Shown here piece by piece: positions 1 to 10,211 of a DNA stretch of 64,000 nucleotides. A model generated the notes under the pieces. The model had not been told where the DNA came from. It ran no database searches and saw only the letters and a program-made list of their open reading frames with translations. Position 1 is the stretch's first letter. Every line of letters starts with the position of its first letter. The DNA is from Antedon mediterranea (Eukaryota > Animalia > Echinodermata), in assembly GCF_964355755.1 (NCBI RefSeq), contig NC_092670.1, positions 6,810,201-6,874,200 of the forward strand, written 5' to 3'. Made by a program: the position numbers and the translations under genes.

Positions 1-271
1 CAAGCTAAACGTATATAAAGCACTATTTATACATGTATTTATTAGTTTCTTGTCCAAACAAACAACTAGTTTTATATTTATTTAGTATTTCTTGGTTCAA
101 ATAGAATTCTATATATCCAAAAAGTTTTTTGAAAGGCTACGATTCAAAATAAACACGTCACAACTGTCTACGTTCGTCTACAAAAATATAAACACCAATA
201 TAAAACCATTTGAGCATCTTAATCCTTTGAACCCCACGGTACTATTTAAACATATCAGATCAAGATAAACG

Positions 272-279
272 TATATAAA
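272..279 (+). promoter_or_regulatory. TATA-box candidate for HYR gene 1 (a second copy lies at 12-19 in a tandemly duplicated upstream block)
   Basis: TATATAAA ~150 nt upstream of ATG 427; the same context (caag.taa.cgtatataaag.actattt) recurs at 1-30 and upstream of the paralogous exon at 38277-38300. Confidence 0.5.
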
Positions 280-426
280 GAACTATTTCTACATTCATTT
301 ATTGATACTGTTCCATTCAACTTTGTGTACATTTCACATGTTTACACCATTTTAAAGATATTATTTTGAGTGAAACTTTTTAGTTGTATCAGACGATACC
401 TACCTCGTGTTTACATTTATAGGAAA

Positions 427-484
427 ATGTTACTAACATTTCTGATTTTGATACTTCGAATATCTAATCTTGTCAATTCACAAA
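427..484 (+). CDS. HYR receptor gene 1, exon 1 (signal peptide MLLTFLILILRISNLVNSQ)
   Basis: ATG, hydrophobic stretch and strong donor A|gtgagt, phase 1; near-identical 58-nt exons at 37734 and 38455. Confidence 0.8.
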
Positions 485-1155
485 GTGAGTATTTTTGTCC
501 AAATTAGCTTTATAACTGACAGTTGTTTCGCAATGGTTTGTATTGATTGATAATTACAAATACTATAAACGTTTTAAGTAGTGTATCGTCACATGCTAAT
601 GTACTATTAATAATGTACTAAAATCGAATGTTAATACCATGCTCATAAATATTTTCCACAGATTATTCTGAAAATAAGTTCTAACGCAAAGATTGGCAAT
701 GTCAAAGTAATTTATTTTTGTATATCCGCTTATACGTTTAAATTTTACTTTAGCATTTTGTTTTTCCTTCACCAACACATAAATTGACAAGATGATACAA
801 TGTTAAAAATGTAATTGTTAGGTCACATATATATTTTACATATTATAATATTATTATTAGGTAGGCCGAATAAAAAATAATTCGTCTTTGCGTATTCTAG
901 GATATATACGATTTATGATCCTCGCAGCGGTAGTTATGTGATGCAATTTCAACCAATCACGTTCACGTATTTACATAGGCTATGTAATATATATAATTTA
1001 TATATTTCATTTATATTTATAATAATGTTGACAATAATTTGTTCTTGAGCTATGGAAAATGTTGTACTCTGTATTATTTTTGCGATATAAAATATGAAAT
1101 GAATAATTAATTAGTTGTTAGTGAAAAAAAGTTCTTAATTGTATTTTTTTCACAG

Positions 1156-1410
1156 TCACATTTGATAATTGTCCAGGAGATGAGACAATAAACAACACCG
1201 GGGCATTTCCATATGCATACACTATCCCAGTGATTACAGCAACCGTGAATTCAAGTGGTTTAGCTGCAGATGTCCAGATTACATCAACACCTGCATATTT
1301 TCCAGGTATTGTTGTAAACTTTGGAGTAAATTACGTTATTATTCTTCAATATACAGCGTTTGCCAATGGTGAAACGGGCGTTATATGTGAATTTTCTGTA
1401 ACATTTCTCG
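1156..1410 (+). CDS. Gene 1 exon 2, divergent HYR-like domain
   Basis: ttttcacag acceptor, G|gtaagt donor, phase 1-1; ITFDNCPGD...ICEFSVTF pattern. Confidence 0.75.
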
Positions 1411-1777
1411 GTAAGTATCTCATAATGTTTGTCATATGCAGCAATGTCAATAAATAATAATAATAATATAATAAATCACCATCAACAAAATTATAATAGT
1501 CTTTGTCAGCAAATGATTGTGATAATTAGAAATAAGTATCATTTGTCATATGAGTATTTAGTAAATTATTTTTTCTAACAGTAACTTATTAATTTATCCT
1601 ATACCATTTTAAGTAAAATAATTCTAATATCCTAAATTAAAAGAGTTCAGTTCAGTTCAATAACGTTTATTCCATAATGGTAAACATTATAACAGTAAAA
1701 CAATATATAATACAAATCGTCCAATTTAACCCATTTCCCGAACACCGTTCAAGAAAATAAAATCATGTACCTTTAAT

Positions 1778-1871
1778 AATTTCGAACCCTATCTGACTCA
1801 ATATTTAACAAATTAAAATATTATTGTATATATATAGTGTTTAGATAGTGAGTCGGATAGGGTTCGAAATT
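1778..1871. repeat. Short inverted repeat (22/23-bp arms), MITE-like remnant
   Basis: aatttcgaaccctatctgactca ... tgagtcggatagggttcgaaatt. Confidence 0.6.
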
Positions 1872-2276
1872 CGAAATTATTATAGCAGACTGTTATTATT
1901 TTGTTATTGAAGTTTGTCGAGCAGTCGAATGCCCAAATGACATTGCAGTAATGTAAATATGGTACAATTGCAGTGAATTTTCACTCTTATCTTGTAAAAT
2001 TAAAGAGTTATAAAGGATGAGCAAAGTACATCTAGGGAAAATTGCTTTTGCTATTTGTGTACATATAAAATTATTGTGACTGATTTTTCTAATTTTCTTG
2101 AATAAAGAATAAAAACACATGGGAATAGTGTTTTTCTTTGCCTTGTGACTCTAAATCCAAGATGGTCGCACACATCCAAATCGGTTGCCAAATTGATTTA
2201 AATGTTATTTTATACTTTAAATCTAATTACATAGATTTAGGCCTATTGATTTATTTAATTCAATATTATTCAAAAG

Positions 2277-2534
2277 ATACTGGTGATCCCTACTACCCAG
2301 ATTGTCCCACTGAACCTTTAGTGTTTAATACAAGTGACTCTAATACGACTGAGACAACATGGAATGAACCAACACCTACAGATGCATCCTCTGGTATAAT
2401 ATCCGAGTCAGCGCAGACTAACCCAGCTGAAACATCACCGACTAACTTTCCCATAGGAGAGACTAATCTTTCATACACAGCTACTGATGGAAGTGGTAAC
2501 ATTGGATTTTGTATTATAACAGTTCATGTAATTG
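2277..2534 (+). CDS. Gene 1 exon 3, HYR domain
   Basis: DxxxP..CP...W.EP..TD.S...FPIG.T...YTATD.SGN...C...V motif; ag/gt boundaries, phase 1-1. Confidence 0.85.
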
Positions 2535-3065
2535 GTAGGTAAAATTTATTAAGATATTTGTTTTTAAAAGCTAAATTTTTATGTGGCATCATTTGATTTA
2601 ATTGCGTAATCCTCTTCGGATCCTTGCACACGTCATGTTGTTTTCACCGCGCCAGCGGTCTCTTTGTAGCGCGTTCCGTTCTGATATTAGTAGAGGTAGG
2701 CCGGTATGTCGCGGCCGGTATCATCTTTTAGTTGATCTTTCCATCTCTTTGGCGGACGCCCTCTTGGTCTTTTGTTTTTACATCTAGGTGTAAACAGTTG
2801 TAAAAGGAACTACTGTAGTTATTCTGACTTACCATCTAGTAAGCGCACACATATCGTTCGAAAAACCAATAATGATGTGTCCGTGTTAGGGTTTGAACAT
2901 CAGAAATGTATGTAAGTGATAATTATAGGACGTGTACACAAATCACACTCATTCTCAGGCAAAATGTTCATCTTAAGTGTATTTTGTTACAAAAATTGAA
3001 CAAAAAATGATGTAGAATCTGTCGGTCTAATTATATTAACTACATTCGTTATATCATCACTATTA

Positions 3066-3910
3066 CAACTAGATTTGAACTCGTCACGGTGACGAGTTAG
3101 GCTATCGCGCAACCCATCGTAACATGCACATGTTTTTTATTAATTGCACTTTGCACAATTGCACTACAACAATTGTAACGAACAGCTGGAATGGATCAAA
3201 ATCGTTCAATAAGCGTCAACAGTTGACAGTATCTGAACTGTAAACGGTTTAGTTGACGGTTAGTTTTGATTTTACACCACGCATGTTTATTTTATTGTTA
3301 TAATATGATGACCTTTTCAAATTAAAAAAAAAGTTCATAAGTCTAAAAAGCAATTGTTTTAGTAATAGAATATTGTAAATTTGAAGAAATATTGATGACG
3401 TTTACGCAGTATGCGCTCTATTGAATATGATGAACTGTGTCGAAAGAGACAACATTCCTATATTTTACATTCGTGTGGCCATATGATGACGTCACAATCC
3501 CCGAGAGGGAAAAAGTTCTGAATGAATTCATATCTATAACATATCTGCTTAGATATTAAATTTAAAACATCGGGGGTCACCAGCCATTCCGGAAAGCTAT
3601 AATCGAATCAAAATAGGCATATTTTTGCACAAATTTGCTTAAAATTACAAATTGAAAAAGGCTGTTAGTTTTGAATTATTTATAGTCAATTTAAGAATTT
3701 CAGAAAATCGCGCGTAGTTACGCTGCGCAACCATATTTTCATTAAACCAAAACTTGTTGCACAACTACATATATACGTGCATCTGCTGGCCAAGTTACAA
3801 CATAACTGCTACGCCCTTTTTTAGATCTGCTACGGACAAAAAATGAGCAGAAAAATGACATTTTTGACAATAACAATAGGCTATCGTTCTACAGAGAGCA
3901 ATAGCGTAAT
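3066..3910. mobile_element. Non-autonomous Helitron/Helentron-like element; decayed partial copy at ~32980-33355
   Basis: Hairpins at both ends (actcgtcac-g-gtgacgagt; gctatcgttct-acag-agagcaatagc), no TIR or TSD; shared internal blocks with 32980-33355. Confidence 0.45.
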
Positions 3911-4201
3911 TATTGATAGCGTGATTATTGATAGTCCACATTGTTTCTAATTGCAGAAAGTGATGATAAATCGGGTTTTGATTTTATACTAGTTGTACTT
4001 GAATCTTAACTACTGTACAATTTTCCATTACTGGTTTTGAGAAGTACATATGAAGAATCTAGTATTATGTTATTTCTTAACTCATATGGAGGCAACGTGA
4101 TTTTTAAAAACTTAATACATTTTACAATTCATATTTGCAAAATCTGATTACTTATGATTAATTAGTATTATTGATATACATTGCACTCCTAATTACCATA
4201 G

Positions 4202-4462
4202 ATATCGGAGACCCTATTGTGACAGAGTATCCTAATGATACAACAATTGATACAGACTCTGGACAGCCAACAGCTTTATATAACTGGACAGCTCCCGTTG
4301 CTACAGACAATTCTGGTACAGTGGTCATCTTTTACAAAACTTATGGAGTGACCTTTAGCAGTCCATCTTACAACTTTCCCATTGGAGCTAGTGGGGTAAC
4401 AGTCAATGTGACAGACCTATCTGGAAACAGCGTTTCAGGGACGTTCACCGTCACTGTTAAAG
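4202..4462 (+). CDS. Gene 1 exon 4, HYR domain (lacks both Cys)
   Basis: WTAPVATDNSG...FPIG...TDLSGN...FTVTV; tag/gt boundaries, phase 1-1. Confidence 0.85.
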
Positions 4463-5160
4463 GTATAAAACAACTTAGTATTTCTACTGCACAAACAAAA
4501 AATAAGAGATTGTTATTAATATTACCTATTCCTACCTTTTCCTAAATAATTGATCAGTTCACTTGAATTATATTTTGTAACAACAATCTTCTTTTTTTTT
4601 TGGCGTAAATAAACAAATTATCTGGAACTAAAACAAATAATCCAAATGCTCAATTAACCATGGAATACCCGATTCTGCTACTGTCAATAGGTATGTATCT
4701 GTATAACTATCAGCGTATGCTGTCTGCATAATGGTGTACTTTTAACGTACATATATTATAGAGGGCACTATATAGAGTAAATACAAACATGTACAGCGTT
4801 TGCCAACCGAAATGTTTGGTTAGTGGCAAAGGCTTTAACGTTGCACACTGGAGCCCTCGGTTCAAGGTCCACCTTGGGACAGTAGCAGAATCGGCTGGAA
4901 GTATAATATAACTGATTTAGTAGGGTCGATTAGCACTTTTTGTGTGCACTTTGTGACAAAAGCACTAAACTTGGCAGAAACATTCGTTAGGAACTAACAA
5001 TTCTAGAAGGGGTACCCAAAATTTAATTTAATGATATTTAATATATATTCTCACAGATTTCCACATCTTTATCGTTTCAAATTAATTAATTAAATTTCAG
5101 TATATCACCGGGCGGGTTAGAATTAATGTTCTTTGCCTGCTATATATATATATATATATA

Positions 5161-6112
5161 AATAAATGTTCGGTTCAATGTAACCGTCTAGAAAGTGCTC
5201 AATACGGTAAAGTAGAGCTAAAATATACGTTAAGTCTGGAAAAGAAGTAAAAACTACAGTTTGGTCTCTACAGGCTTGTTTCGTGAGTCGTGCAACTCAC
5301 TCATCAGGAGACTATAATGAGAAGAATCAATTACAACGCTGCTTATAAGCACATTTACTTGTAGAATTAGCATTTACAGGTGATATGTTTTGGAATGTCA
5401 GCTGTTATGTAACAATGCTTTCTTTCTGTGCCGGCAGGCGGACACAAGTTCGTTACGTTTGTTTAATGTCGATAATTCAGGGTGGCGGATGATAAATAAT
5501 TTCTCTTTGAGGCAGAGATTGCATTTTTTGTTTGCGCTACTATATGCTTTAGTAGATGTCAAGATGCGCCATGAGATTGTATAGTCTGTGTTATTGTCCT
5601 TGAGTGTCCAAATATGTTTACTGAGTTCAGTTGAGTTTCTAGAACGTGAATTACGGAATGATGAGGTGTGATTTCTGTATCGTGTTTTAAAATCATTTTC
5701 AGTAAGTCCGATATAAGTTTCCGAGGTGGATTTGTCTTTGCGTGTAACTGTGGCTTGGTATATTACAGATGATTGTAAGCAATTTCCGTTTAGCGGGCAT
5801 GTGTTTTTCTGTCGGCAGTTGCATGTTTTGTTTTCTTGCGTGTTTTCCACGGATGTTGTTTCGGGCTGGTTGAGTATTCTCTTGTTGTGACTGTCTATTA
5901 TCTGTTTCATATTGTTCATACAACTGTAGCTAATCTTGATAGTTTCTCGTACGAGCCGGTAACCCAGACAAGACAAAAAAAAACAGACAACGAAAAGACA
6001 TTCTGTGGTACAACCCACCGTTCAGCAAAAACGTCAGCACAAACATTGGACAGAAATTCCTATCCCTAGTAGACAAACATTTTCCAAAAGATAACAAACT
6101 AAGAAAAATCTT
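5161..6112 (-). mobile_element. 5'-truncated Penelope-like element, Naiad-like, with inverted 5' segment
   Basis: GIY-YIG ORF (CNC...CPLNGNC...VIYQA...YIGLTE..FK.RY.NH); upstream coding piece [12 protein letters not shown]...KHFPK...KI lies on + at ~5960-6112; 3' end abuts (TA)n. Confidence 0.85.
5264..5312 (-). ncRNA. Type I hammerhead ribozyme in the Naiad-like 3' region
   Basis: Reverse complement reads GTCTC CTGATGA GTGAGT-tgcacg-ACTCAC GAAA CAagccTG TA GAGAC: full core and three helices. Confidence 0.85.
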
Positions 6113-6722
6113 ACCACTAGACCACAGAGCCATGTATGGTATTATCACAGATTTTCACCCACCAGATACATTCTCTCATACAACAGGTTGGTATGATGCT
6201 CGCCCTGTAAGCGAGAGGTTGCAGGTTCGAATCCAGCCAGAGACATTTTTTCATACAACTAAAAAATACGGAACTTTCGCCAATGAGCTATGCTCGACGC
6301 GATTATGAGATCATGTTCCAAATATGAGCACTGTTTCTATAATTTACAGTATGATTTATATATAATTTACACAGTGCTACGCAACATCATTGATTTACAT
6401 ATACACAATATTATTTAAAAAAACCGTTGCGAATTAAAGTTGGAATTTATTCTGACTTGTTAAGCCTCCACTGATTGTGAGGGCGTTTGTTGTATGAGAG
6501 AATGTATCTGGTGGGTGAAAATCTGTGATAATACCATACATGGCTCTGTGGTCTAGTGGTATGATACTCGCCCTGTAAGCGAGAGGTTGCAGGTTCGAAT
6601 CCAGCCAGAGACATTTTTTCATACAACTAAAAAATACGGAACTTTCACCAATGAGCTATGCTCGACGCGATTATGAGATCATGTTCCGAATATGAGCACT
6701 GTTTCTATAATTTACCGTATGA
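6113..6722 (+). mobile_element. tRNA-containing non-coding repeat family A: two tandem copies, the first with a 5' inversion; 3'-end fragment on - at ~7668-7726
   Basis: 6190-6356 matches 6556-6723; 6113-6186 is the reverse complement of ~6488-6560; ends at (TA)n. Confidence 0.75.
6542..6613 (+). tRNA. tRNA-like (Pro-type body, TGT at the anticodon position); probably a pseudo-tRNA inside repeat A
   Basis: A box TGGTCTAGTGG, B box GGTTCGAATCC, stem CTCGC/GCGAG, acceptor GGCTCTG/CAGAGAC, followed by T6. Confidence 0.55.
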
Positions 6723-6761
<39 letters not shown>

Positions 6762-6764
6762 TAT

Positions 6765-7368
6765 CCGCCGTACCACGCCGAGAATGTTAAAGAGTCGTTA
6801 TCCAATCGAGTTCGAACAATACCATGAAAGCCCCAGTGGTCTAATGGTTAGGACATCTGCATATCAAGCAGGCGGTCCGAGTTCGAGTCTCGGTTGGGGC
6901 GACTTTTTCTCATTCTCACAGATTTCCTCATCTTTATCGATTCAAATTAATTAATTAAATTTCAGTATATCACCGGAAGGTTTAGAATTAATGTTCTTTG
7001 CCTCTTGTGTTTATATATATTTAAAAGTATCTCTTCGGAGATCCCGCCTCGTGAATAAAAATACTGAAAGATGAGGGCGTATCAATTTGATCTCTGTTGC
7101 GCGTGCGTACAACTGAGGACTAGTGCTGTTCCACCGTACCACGCCGAGAATGTTAAAGAGTCGTTATCCAATCGAGTTCGAACAATACCATGAAAGCCCC
7201 AGTGGTCTAATGGTTAGGACATCTGCATATCAAGCAGGCGGTCCGAGTCTCGGTTGGGGCGACTTTTTCTCATTCTCACAGATTTCCTCATCTTTATCGT
7301 TTCAAATTAATTAATTAAATTTCAGTATATCACCGGGCGGTTTGGAATTAATGTTCTTTGCCTCTTGT

Positions 7369-7372
<4 letters not shown>
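6765..7372 (+). mobile_element. tRNA-containing non-coding repeat family B: two head-to-tail copies; further copies at ~5047-5140 (+) and 62640-63255 (-)
   Basis: 6768-7012 matches 7134-7372; both end in (TA)n. Confidence 0.75.
6830..6901 (+). tRNA. tRNA-like cloverleaf (Asp-type, anticodon ATC) inside repeat B
   Basis: GCCCCAG/TTGGGGC acceptor, GTCT/GGAC D stem, TCTGC/GCAGG anticodon stem, CCGAG-TTCGAGT-CTCGG T arm, followed by T5. Confidence 0.6.

Positions 7373-7453
<81 letters not shown>
7372..7453. repeat. (TA)n microsatellite (others at 5141-5160, 6722-6761, 51350-51390)
   Basis: Direct reading. Confidence 0.95.
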
Positions 7454-7456
<3 letters not shown>

Positions 7457-7655
7457 CCAAAGGTAAATTACTGAAAAAAATGACAATGCTGTGGGTATCA
7501 GTGGCTGGATCTCAATGGAGATACAAAAATAAAAAGCGAAAAGCTAAATCAAAACGATAAAGTAAACAGCCAGAAAAGTTAGCAGAGCTTTCGGGCAACA
7601 CTAGCCCTTCATCAGTGCAAGTGAAGGAATTTGGATAACGTCATAGTATAAAGCT
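7453..7655 (-). mobile_element. 3' end of a Neptune-like Penelope element
   Basis: Nearly identical to 51392-51594, which continues into GIY-YIG coding remnants. Confidence 0.7.
7582..7618 (-). ncRNA. Minimal hammerhead-like motif
   Basis: Reverse complement GCA CTGATGA A GGGC-tagtgtt-GCCC GAAA GCTC TGC; helix III reduced to palindromic AGCT. Confidence 0.65.
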
Positions 7656-8559
7656 GTATATATATATAAATCAATGATGTTGCGTAGCACTGTGTAAATT
7701 ATATATAAATCATACTGTAAATTATATGTAATTATAAATATAAATTACATAAATATGTCAAGTTTGGTATCAAATTATAGCTTATGACATTACAATACCT
7801 CTAACATGAGAAAAAAATAACTTCACAATATAATGACGTCATCAAAACCACACCCATTATATATTACATATTTAAATAATTAATATTTTTTAATTGGATT
7901 AATAAATACAACTGTAGAGTAACCGTTTCTCTAAAAACCGTGCTGGTAATCTCACAGCTCTGCCACATCTTGTGTTTTTAGAAATAGATTTTTGGTATGT
8001 TTATTGTTGGTCTGTTGTATCTTGTTTAATATTTCGGTTGCTGGATATATCGTTAAGACGGTTAAAATTCACTTGCGCGGGTACATAATAATACTCTGGA
8101 GATGTGACTTTAGCAATAACTGTCAACTAATTGATTGACTAATTGACTGTCAAATACCACCTGCTGAACAATTAAATCTCTACGTAAAAGAACATTAGGC
8201 CAACAATTATGTAAAGCAATTTGGCTATGCGTTTTAAATCCCATCCTAAGATTTGGGGTCTGTTTATGCTCTTTGTCACATGAACATTATGGTATAATGG
8301 GTTTCTCCAATGTAAAAATTAATTAATTAATCTAAAATATCTAGTAGACTTCCATTAACTGCCTTTGTTTGTCCAAGTACCTTTTCTATACTTCTTGATA
8401 TCAGAAACTTTATTTAATGACATATGAGCACCATATACAATAGTAGAATACAACACAATACTAGAAACATTATCAGAAAGACTATCAGTAAAATCGCCTA
8501 CTATAGACATCCATGAGGTCTTCAAAATCGATATTAGCCCCTTCAGAAGCTGGAAATTG

Positions 8560-9020
8560 ACCCTCATTTCCAGCTACAGTAGTTCTAGTTTTCCGGATGA
8601 TTATGTTTAGGTGAAGACTCGTTCCTGTTGTGTCTTCGTTCAGTTCTTCACTAAGTGAAGATCGTCTGAAGTAATCATACTTCTTTACAGAAGTAGTACC
8701 TCTTTTCACGGTCACCACTACTCTGAATGTGTGTGAATGATCTCTGTATCTACCAGATCGAAAGTTTCATTCGCACTTTCGACTTGCTTTGCAATTTTTA
8801 AATACGCTGTATAAGGTTTGTGCACCATATTCATAACATATCAATTGCAATGCTGGTTGTAACCCATCAAGAAATCGTAGGAAAGCTCCACCGTCTTGCG
8901 CAACAAACCCATAATCAGGAAATGCCTCGAGAACAAAATTTCTCAAATATGCAGCGGACACTTGTAAGGATTCATTCGGCTGACGTGGTCTAGTGTTTAC
9001 CATACGTTTGAATGCATCAA
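8560..9020 (-). pseudogene. Decayed Gypsy-like gag fragment
   Basis: RQPNES...AAYLR..V.EAFP......FLDGLQP.L......TL resembles a retrotransposon capsid; broken frames. Confidence 0.45.
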
Positions 9021-9844
9021 TTTAATGTGGCCTTGCTTATAGGCCATAAGCAGTAGCTCAAAAGAAAATGAATTTCGTTGATATTGTGAAATGAATATGT
9101 TACCCACAATATATAAAAAGTTTTCCACGAAATATTTGGTCGATTTTGAGCAATGGCCTCTCAAACGTACCCAACTACTGCAAAAGCGGCACTTTTTACA
9201 CTTTTATGGGCCAATATCTTTAAGGATCCTTGTTCAAATGTTATTATACTTCTCTGTGAATAGTCTAGTATATTTTGAACACCAACAATTTAAAATTTTG
9301 AAAATAAGTATTTCGTATGTCAGGAAAACTGAAAAATTACAATTATTTAGTTGTAATTGTACTTTTCAAGATTTCTTAGACACAATTTCTTTTTAACTAA
9401 TTGACATACCCTATTTATATTTTTTCCCCCAACTATTTGAGAGGATTGTTAACCAACATTTAAAGTTTCAACTTAAAGTTGCTATTTATGAAGCTGCAAA
9501 AACTGTGATTTGGCCAATTTGATAGATAATTTTAATATATTTAGTCGTTTTTTGAGCAGTTATATCTTTATAATCATCTCTCACTATGTATTTATGTTCA
9601 CGCAATGGGTATGCTAGTGAGTTAGTGACACACAAGTGAAGTTTCAACTCAATTTTATAGTTAATTTTGATGTTTTTTTGTTTTAGAGGAGTACGTAGGC
9701 CTACATGATTTCTCTTTTTTATTTCATACTCATCCAACAGCGAGTAACCCGCCAATTACAGGATGGATAAACTATTTAAAATTTCACAAGACAAACATAT
9801 ACACAAGATGCTCTACATAAAAATTGTACATGAGAAAAAACCCT

Positions 9845-9917
9845 GACATATGACAGGACTTGAACCCAGGACCCTTAGATTGGTAGCCAAGCATCATAAC
9901 CACCAAGCCACAGCTCC
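9845..9917 (-). mobile_element. Degenerate tRNA-derived SINE head
   Basis: Reverse complement has A box TGGCTTGGTGG and B box GGTTCAAGTCC; stems decayed. Confidence 0.5.
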
Positions 9918-10211
9918 ACTCCCTTAGAAAGTGACTTGCCATAATACGAATACGAATAGAACTTACGAATATAACTTTATTGCAATCAAACGAAAGATTT
10001 AAGTTTAACAAAAGCGTTTCACTCAGAACAATAAAATGCAATATAAAAATATAAAAGACATTTAGAAAGGTAGAACATACAATCAAAATATTAAAACAAA
10101 ATTACAATAAAATATCACTTAATATATCTTACTTGAATATCTTACTTGAATCTTCGGGCTCTTGATTAAGGCAAATGCCTTTTAAACGCCCTCCATTTCT
10201 TCTGTATTTAT

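Noticed and set aside
4805-4880. tRNA gene
   Set aside because: Only faint A/B-box resemblance and no cloverleaf; at most a decayed SINE head.
5161-5950. Selenoprotein-type Naiad (in-frame UGA plus SECIS)
   Set aside because: All visible conserved Cys positions are Cys codons and no convincing SECIS was seen in the 3' region; the rest of the element is missing.
6658-7560. ORFs 6658-6954, 7123-7314 and 7342-7560
   Set aside because: Chance frames across tRNA-like repeats and (TA)n tracts.
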